From assembly GCA_049977045.1 (NCBI GenBank), contig JBMFHB010000002.1, positions 47,355 through 111,354 of the forward strand: a stretch of DNA of 64,000 bases, written 5' to 3'. The notes below the pieces were generated by a model, which ran no database searches, had not been told where the DNA came from, and saw only the letters and a program-made list of their open reading frames with translations. Position numbers and translations under genes: made by a program. Shown here one piece after another: positions 57,111 through 64,000 of this stretch. This stretch comes from Terracidiphilus sp. (lineage in GTDB: Bacteria; Acidobacteriota; Terriglobia; Terriglobales; Acidobacteriaceae). The stretch's first letter is position 1; each line of letters starts with the position of its first letter.

Positions 57111-57773
57111 ATGATGCACAGCAATGAAGTCGCGGAGCGAATCGAAGAGATCGGTATTGTGCCCTGCGCTCGGGCAGCGACCCGCGACCAGGTGCGCTTT
57201 GCGGCCGAGACTCTTTACGCGGCACGGATTCCAGTGCTTGAAGTGCCTTTGACCGTCCCCAGGGCGGCCGAGGTGATCGGCGCGCTGGTCGAGCAATTTC
57301 CCGACATGATCGTGGGAGCCGGGACCGTGCTCGATGAGACAGAGGCGCAGCAGTGCCTCGATGCAGGCGCCCGCTTCATCACCAGCCCCGGGTTTGTCGC
57401 CAGCGTCGTGGCCTGCGCCAGGCGAGCGGACACCTGTGTGTTTCCGGGAGCGATGACGCCGTCGGAGGTCATTGCCGCCTGGAAGGCAGGCGCGGATTTT
57501 GTGAAGATTTTTCCCGCGGCCACCGCAGGCGGGCCGCACTACCTTCGCGCCCTCCAGGCGCCGTTGCCGCAGGTTCCCTTGATCGCAACCGGCGGCGTGA
57601 ATCAGCTGACCGCGTTCGACTACATTCTGGCCGGGGCGCGCGCCATCGGCGTCGGCGGAGAGATGCTGCCCAGGGAGGCGCTCGAACAGCGCCAGGCCGA
57701 CCGCATTCACGAGCTGGCGCGCCGTTTTCTCCTCATGGTCAAGGAAGCCCGCGCCCAGCGTAATGGCGAGTAG
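57111..57773 (+). CDS. eda: KDPG/KHG aldolase
   Basis: LEVPLTVP, GAGTVL, GADFVKIFPA and ATGGV motifs; start is uncertain (57078, 57111 or 57114). Confidence 0.85.
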   Translation: MMHSNEVAERIEEIGIVPCARAATRDQVRFAAETLYAARIPVLEVPLTVPRAAEVIGALVEQFPDMIVGAGTVLDETEAQQCLDAGARFITSPGFVASVVACARRADTCVFPGAMTPSEVIAAWKAGADFVKIFPAATAGGPHYLRALQAPLPQVPLIATGGVNQLTAFDYILAGARAIGVGGEMLPREALEQRQADRIHELARRFLLMVKEARAQRNGE

Positions 57774-57779
57774 GCGCTT

Positions 57780-58805
57780 CTACACAAAATGCTGCCACCC
57801 ATGGGGAACGAGCGGCTCAGGCCCTTGCGCGGTGATGAGCGCGGCCATCGGCCGGCCCTTGCGCCGGCGCACGATGCGGCCGATTCGCGTGACGGGAACG
57901 CCGCCAATGCGTCGCGGCAGACGCGCGGTTGACGGCGCGGTAAACAGCAGCTCGTAGTCCTCGCCACCGTGGAGCGCCTGCGCAAGCGTTGCGCTGGAAT
58001 GAATGGGCAGCGCGGCGGCGTCGACTTCAGCGGCGACATGAGACTCCTCGCACAGGTGAGCCAAATCGGTCGAAAGCCCGTCGCTCAGGTCGATGGCTGC
58101 GGTAGCGATGCCGCGTCGCGCCAGCCATGCGCCCTCAGCAATACGCGGCTCGGGAGCCAGATGCGGAGCGAGCAGGGTCTGGAGCTTGCGGGGAATGCGC
58201 GGTGCGCCGGATGTTTCTCCGCGTGCCCTGGTCTCGGCTTCAGCCCATGCCGTAAGTCGATCCAATGCCGCCGCAGCCCCGCCCAGCGCGCCCGTGATGT
58301 AGAGCAAATCGCCCGGCCGCGCGCCCGAGCGCAGAAGAGCCTTCCCCCGCCGCACCGCGCCGGTGAGTACGATGTCAGCCACGGCGGTCGGCGATTCCGC
58401 CAGATCGCCTCCAGCCAATGGCACGCCATGCACGCGGGCCAGCGCGAAAAAGCCATCGAGAAATCGCTCCAGCCAGCGATCTTCCCTGTTTTGGACGAGA
58501 CTTTTGGGAAGCCCAAGAGACAGAAAGGCCGCGACCGGCCGCGCGCCCATGGCGGCGAGATCGCTCAAGCCACGCGCAAGCGTGCGATGCCCGATCGACT
58601 CCGGCGAATGCCAGGCGAGGCGGAAGTGCTGGCCGTCAATCGCGAGATCTGTCGTCACGGCAAGCTCTTCGCCCGCGCCGAGCCGCAGCAAGGCACAGTC
58701 GTCGCCGATGCCAAGGCGCAGACGGCCGGAGGCAGACCGCCCGGCCCGCGCGCGAATCTGCTTCAGGAGGTCCAGTTCACCGAACTTACCGCTATCGGAG
58801 GGCAT
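57780..58805 (-). CDS. thiL: thiamine-monophosphate kinase
   Basis: GKFGELDLLKQI and IGDDCALL AIR-synthase-like motifs; start is either 58805 or 58823. Confidence 0.85.
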   Translation of the reverse strand: MPSDSGKFGELDLLKQIRARAGRSASGRLRLGIGDDCALLRLGAGEELAVTTDLAIDGQHFRLAWHSPESIGHRTLARGLSDLAAMGARPVAAFLSLGLPKSLVQNREDRWLERFLDGFFALARVHGVPLAGGDLAESPTAVADIVLTGAVRRGKALLRSGARPGDLLYITGALGGAAAALDRLTAWAEAETRARGETSGAPRIPRKLQTLLAPHLAPEPRIAEGAWLARRGIATAAIDLSDGLSTDLAHLCEESHVAAEVDAAALPIHSSATLAQALHGGEDYELLFTAPSTARLPRRIGGVPVTRIGRIVRRRKGRPMAALITAQGPEPLVPHGWQHFV

Positions 58806-59038
58806 GTTTTGAGAATAGGCCATGGCGACGCAGAGGGGATGGACGATCAGCCTTGCATCTTCGGCGATTGCCAAAAGCCGACCCTCATACGGGATAAACC
58901 CCGAAATGCGCCATCGATCTCTGCGTCCTGCCGGTCCATGCCCTGCCGCTCATCGACCCCGGTAAAGCGATCGGAATCAGTCAATGAACAGACTTTACGC
59001 TGAGCCGTGGTCTGAATGGGCTTTTTTGTTCCGCGCCT

Positions 59039-59962
59039 TCATGCTGCCCGCTCGACATGGTAGAAAAACGGCGGACCTTGCGTTTCGGCAAGCTTTTTAA
59101 GCGTGGTCAGAAAGGCTTTGGCGGCGTAGGAGAGCGTGGAGTGACGCCGAAGGGCGAGACGCAACACGCGGCGCACCTCCAGGCCGTCGACCGGCACGCG
59201 GACCAGATCGCCGGTATCGAGCTCGCGCGCCACGGTCAGGTGCGGCAGAAGCGCCACGCCGTTCCCCATGGCGACAAATCGCTTGATGGCTTCGATGGTG
59301 GGCAGCTCGATGCCCATGTGGAGCGGCGTGCGATGGCGCTGAAAGGCCTCAATCACCTTGCGGCGCAGCGGCGAGGCTACATTGTGGGCGATGAAGTTTT
59401 CCCGGCCCAGGTCGCGGATGGTGACGCGGCCGGCGTGGGCGAGCGGGTGCGCCGGACTGACGATGAAATCCAGACTGTCGCCGTAGACAGCGATGGTGCG
59501 GACCTGCGCCGGATCGGGACGGAAAGAGATGACGCCCAGCTCAAAGCTGCGCCGAGCGAGCTCCTCGGGAATGTGCGAGGCCAGCATGCGCTGCACGGTG
59601 ACGTCGATGTGCGGGTACTCCCGGCGAAAGTCGTCGATGGCCGGCAGGAGATACATGCAGGTGTACTCGTTGGCCGCGAGTTGAAGATGGCCACGCTCCA
59701 GGCTCTTGAGCTCATCGAGCGCGCTGGATGCCTCGCGGCGCAGAGCCAGCAGGCGCAAGGCGTAATCACGCAGAAGCTCGCCGGCCGCCGTCAGCGAGCC
59801 GTCGCGCGCGGTGCGGTCGAGGAGCTTTTCGCCGACCGACTCTTCCAACTTGCGAATCACCTGGCTGATGGCAGGCTGCGTGCGATGCAGCCGCGCGGCG
59901 GCGCGCGAAAAGCTGTGCTCCTCGGCCACGGCGAGGAAGGTCTCGAGCTGGCTCAATTCCAT
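59039..59962 (-). CDS. LysR family transcriptional regulator (divergent from the leu genes)
   Basis: MELSQLETFLAVAEEHSFSRAAARLHRTQPAISQVIRKLE HTH plus a LysR substrate-binding domain. Confidence 0.9.
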   Translation of the reverse strand: MELSQLETFLAVAEEHSFSRAAARLHRTQPAISQVIRKLEESVGEKLLDRTARDGSLTAAGELLRDYALRLLALRREASSALDELKSLERGHLQLAANEYTCMYLLPAIDDFRREYPHIDVTVQRMLASHIPEELARRSFELGVISFRPDPAQVRTIAVYGDSLDFIVSPAHPLAHAGRVTIRDLGRENFIAHNVASPLRRKVIEAFQRHRTPLHMGIELPTIEAIKRFVAMGNGVALLPHLTVARELDTGDLVRVPVDGLEVRRVLRLALRRHSTLSYAAKAFLTTLKKLAETQGPPFFYHVERAA

Positions 59963-60106
59963 GTCATTGCTCCGGAATGCGGGGCGCGGGGTTCGAGGCC
60001 CTTGGCGCGGCCCCAGTCATACCGCCCCCTGAAACCCGACCCCTGTCCCAGGGTAAACGCATTTGAGTCCTGCTTTCCTTCGATCCCGACTCCGCTCATC
60101 GAGCAG

Positions 60107-60265
60107 TGTCATCCCGAACGGAGTGATCTGCCCTGAAAATTCGCCGCCCGCCTGACTCTGTCATCCCGAGGAGCGCCGCGACGAGGGATCTGCGGTTGTT
60201 CCTGGCCGAATTCTCATATTCTCTGGGTGGCCCAACAGGGCCATGCGTGACTGCGGTTGTTTTTC
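60107..60265 (-). repeat. dispersed ~165-bp intergenic repeat, copy B (inverted relative to copy A)
   Basis: Its reverse complement aligns with 19406-19578 over most of its length. Confidence 0.8.
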
Positions 60266-60330
60266 TCCCCTTGCGGCGTCGTCGGGTGAAATCAGCCCGC
60301 CAAAACCGAAGCTCTGCGTGAGAAATAGAC

Positions 60331-60378
60331 CCCAAAAGCAACCGCGGATTCCTCGTCGCTGCGCTTCTCGGAATGACA
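60331..60378 (+). repeat. short (internally deleted) copy of the same repeat family
   Basis: CCCAAAAGCAACCGCGGATTCCTCGTCGCTGCGCTTCTCGGAATGACA joins the two AACCGC(A/G)G points of the long copies, so about 75 bp between them is missing. Confidence 0.65.
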
Positions 60379-60551
60379 GCGCGAAGAGCATGATTCGTAA
60401 AGCGTCAAACGAATTGAAATGCGTCGGCCCTGATTCCTGTCCCTATAAACATTACTAATGCTACATCAAAGAATTATAACTTTGCCTTATGTCGATACAT
60501 CGGTGATAATAAAAGCCAAGGAGGAGGTCGCTTTCCCCGGCAGGCACAATT

Positions 60552-61748
60552 ATGAATTCAAATCACCTGTCTTTCTTCGACACCACCTTACGCGACGGCG
60601 AGCAGTCTCCCGGTTGCAGCATGACCACGCAGGAGAAGCTCACCATGGCTCACGCCCTCGAGGATCTGGGCGTGGACATCATCGAAGCCGGCTTTGCCAT
60701 GGCTTCGGAGGGCGATTTTGCGGCCATCGCAACGATTACGCAGGCCATTCGCAAGCCGCGCATCGCGTCGCTTGCCCGCGCCAAGTCCGAAGACATTGAG
60801 ATGGCAGCTCGCGCGCTGAAGTTTGCCGACCGCGCGCGCATTCACGTCTTTCTGGCGTCGAGCGATCTGCACCTCGAATACAAATTGAAGATCGAACGCG
60901 CCGAGGCGCTGGATCTGTGCGGCGAGTCGGTGCGTCTGGCACGCTCGCTGTGCGACGATGTGGAGTTTTCCCCCGAGGATGCAACCCGCTCCGACCGCGA
61001 ATTTCTGGTGGAGATGGTGCGCATTGCGGTCGAGGCCGGCGCCACGACGATCAATATGCCGGACACGGTGGGCTACACCACTCCCGAAGAGTATGGCGCA
61101 ATGTTCCGCGAGGTCCGCGAGCGCATTCCCGCGATCGACGAAAAGGGCGTGATTCTCTCCTCGCACTGCCACGACGATCTGGGGTTGGCGGTGGCCAACT
61201 CGCTGGCGGCCGTCGAGGCCGGCGCGCGCCAGGTAGAGTGCACCATCAACGGCATCGGCGAGCGGGCTGGCAACGCGGCGCTTGAAGAGATTGCCGCGGC
61301 GCTTTATGTGCGCGCCGACCGTTACGGCGTCGCCAACAACATCAAGCTCGACCAGCTTTATCCAACCAGCGAGGTATTGGGCAACCTGATCACCTTCCGT
61401 CCCTCCCCGAATAAGGCTGTGGTGGGAGCCAACGCCTTTGCCCACGAGTCGGGCATTCACCAGCACGGCGTGCTGGCAAACCCGCTTTGCTACGAGATCA
61501 TGACGCCGCAACTTGTCGGCGTGACAAAGACGCATCTGGTGCTGGGCAAGCACTCGGGCCGCGCGGCATTGCGGCATCGCCTGGAGCAACTCGGATTCGC
61601 GGTCTCGCGCGATGAACTGCAGCACGTGTACTACCGGTTTGTGGCGCTGGCGGACCGCAAGAAGAACATCTACGACCAGGATCTGGTCGGTCTTCTTCCC
61701 GACCACATTCGCGAGCGGCGCAGCGAGCCGGTAAGCGAACTGGATTAA
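60552..61748 (+). CDS. leuA: 2-isopropylmalate synthase-like (LeuA/HCS/CimA family), short form without C-terminal regulatory domain
   Basis: FFDTTLRDGEQSPG and HCHDDLGLAVANSLAAVEAGA motifs. Only 398 aa, and just 104 nt of spacer before leuB. Confidence 0.8.
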   Translation: MNSNHLSFFDTTLRDGEQSPGCSMTTQEKLTMAHALEDLGVDIIEAGFAMASEGDFAAIATITQAIRKPRIASLARAKSEDIEMAARALKFADRARIHVFLASSDLHLEYKLKIERAEALDLCGESVRLARSLCDDVEFSPEDATRSDREFLVEMVRIAVEAGATTINMPDTVGYTTPEEYGAMFREVRERIPAIDEKGVILSSHCHDDLGLAVANSLAAVEAGARQVECTINGIGERAGNAALEEIAAALYVRADRYGVANNIKLDQLYPTSEVLGNLITFRPSPNKAVVGANAFAHESGIHQHGVLANPLCYEIMTPQLVGVTKTHLVLGKHSGRAALRHRLEQLGFAVSRDELQHVYYRFVALADRKKNIYDQDLVGLLPDHIRERRSEPVSELD

Positions 61749-61810
61749 TACAGGGGCCAGGAACCAGGCGCCGAAGCTGCGGGTGAACTGGACCATCTGT
61801 TCAGCGCCCC

Positions 61811-61834
61811 TGACAACTGACTACTGACTACTGA
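61811..61834 (+). repeat. heptad repeat giving four TGA at exact 7-nt spacing between leuA and leuB
   Basis: TGACAAC TGACTAC TGACTAC TGA; TGA at 61811, 61818, 61825 and 61832 cover all three frames. Confidence 0.8.
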
Positions 61835-61852
61835 AAGTTGGAAAGACTCGGA

Positions 61853-62926
<1,074 letters not shown>

Positions 62927-62950
<24 letters not shown>

Positions 62951-63066
62951 CTCCTAGCTTTTTGGCGATAAGGCGCGACGCCATCAACAAACGCAACATT
63001 GAACTCGACTCCGCGCAGAGTCGCAACAGTTTCGATCGGCAAAAAAGAGCTGGTAGCTAGAAGCTG
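62927..63066. repeat. CTAG-rich inverted clamp bracketing the leuB-leuC spacer; the left arm holds four TAG at 7-nt spacing
   Basis: CAGCTTCTAGC (62927-62937) is the reverse complement of GCTAGAAGCTG (63056-63066). TAG at 62934, 62941, 62948 (native leuB stop) and 62955. Confidence 0.75.
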
Positions 63067-63087
63067 GCAGCCAGGAGTTTCATTGAA

Positions 63088-64000
63088 ATGGGCGAACCGA
63101 AGACATTATTTGAAAAGGTCTGGGGGCAGCATGTAGTGGTTGAGCCGAAAGGCGAGCCGACGCTGCTCTACATCGACCTGCAACTTGTTCACGAGGTCAC
63201 ATCGCCGCAGGCATTTGAAGGGCTGCGGCTGGCCGGGCGCAAGGTGCGCCGGCCGGACCGCACGGTGGCCACGGTGGATCACAACGTGCCCACGACGAAG
63301 GAGGGGCGGCTGCATATCGTCGATCAGATTGCCGCCACGCAGATTGCCACGCTGCGCAAGAACTGCGCCGACTTTGGCGTCGAACTCTACGACGTGGACT
63401 CGCCCAACCAGGGCGTGGTGCACGTGGTGGGGCCGGAGTTGGGACTAACCAAGCCGGGCATGACGATTGTCTGCGGCGACTCGCACACCTCGACGCATGG
63501 CGCCTTCGGGGCACTGGCCTTCGGCATCGGCACCAGCGAAGTGGAGCACGTGCTGGCGACGCAGACGCTGCCGCAATCGAAGCCCAGGACCTTTCGCATC
63601 TCGGTGGAGGGCAATCTGCCGCTCGGCGTCACCGCCAAGGACATCATTCTCGCCATCATCGGCAAGATCGGCACGGACGGCGCCACGGGCTGCGTGATTG
63701 AGTACGCCGGCTCGGCCATCCGCGCGCTCTCGATGGAAGGCCGGATGACTGTCTGCAATATGAGCATCGAGGCGGGCGCGCGCGCGGGCATGATTGCGCC
63801 GGACGAGACGACGTTCGCGTATCTGGAGGGCAAACGCTTTAGTCCAAAAGGAGAAGCCTGGAGGGCCGCCGTTGCCGAATGGAGCAAGCTGCCTTCGGAT
63901 CCCGGCGCGAAGTTCGACCGCGAATTGACCATCGACGCGGCGGCTCTGGTTCCCTACGTGAGTTGGGGGACAAGCCCCGGCATGGTCGCGCCCGTCACCG
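63088..64000 (+). CDS. leuC: 3-isopropylmalate dehydratase large subunit; 3' end lies outside the window
   Basis: Not in the ORF track (no stop in the window). Hand translation gives [17 protein letters not shown]...[34 protein letters not shown]...[15 protein letters not shown]. Confidence 0.95.
   Translation, partial: MGEPKTLFEKVWGQHVVVEPKGEPTLLYIDLQLVHEVTSPQAFEGLRLAGRKVRRPDRTVATVDHNVPTTKEGRLHIVDQIAATQIATLRKNCADFGVELYDVDSPNQGVVHVVGPELGLTKPGMTIVCGDSHTSTHGAFGALAFGIGTSEVEHVLATQTLPQSKPRTFRISVEGNLPLGVTAKDIILAIIGKIGTDGATGCVIEYAGSAIRALSMEGRMTVCNMSIEAGARAGMIAPDETTFAYLEGKRFSPKGEAWRAAVAEWSKLPSDPGAKFDRELTIDAAALVPYVSWGTSPGMVAPVT

Noticed and set aside
60458-60551. Possible branched-chain amino-acid leader peptide (MLHQRIITLPYVDTSVII...) upstream of leuA.
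   Set aside because: The frame has no stop before 60799 and runs into leuA out of frame. There is no run of Leu codons, and no terminator/antiterminator pair could be identified.

Overview
GC-rich (about 60%) chromosomal segment. From gene content and its dispersed intergenic repeats, it is most likely from an Acidobacteriota-like soil bacterium; this is an inference, nothing was searched. Most of the window is housekeeping: malQ fragment, katG, dinG-like helicase, der, rlmB, zwf, sodA, rimM-KH-rpsP, holA/lptE, aroK, eda, thiL and leuA-leuB-leuC. The main system is a bacterial microcompartment (BMC) locus at about 2.9-12.4 kb. One operon holds a DeoR regulator, a class II aldolase, an acylating aldehyde dehydrogenase, PduL, acetate kinase, three BMC-H and three BMC-P shell genes. 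A divergent pair encodes a PduS-like Fe-S flavoprotein and a PduT-like tandem-BMC shell protein. This resembles the Planctomycetes-Verrucomicrobia (PVM) fucose/rhamnose metabolosome, but it has a redox module and no alcohol dehydrogenase in the locus. Accessory content includes five toxin-antitoxin modules (one decayed), an ECF sigma/anti-sigma/PDZ operon, an exported TldD/PmbA pair next to an M48 protease, a convergent CPBP protease pair and two hemerythrins. At small scale, several spacers between same-strand genes carry tandem 7-8 nt repeats that place stop codons in all three frames. Two unrelated spacers are also bracketed by the same CAGCTTCTAGC inverted clamp. At least three dispersed repeat families are present. 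No rRNA, tRNA, CRISPR array, transposase or integrase was recognised.
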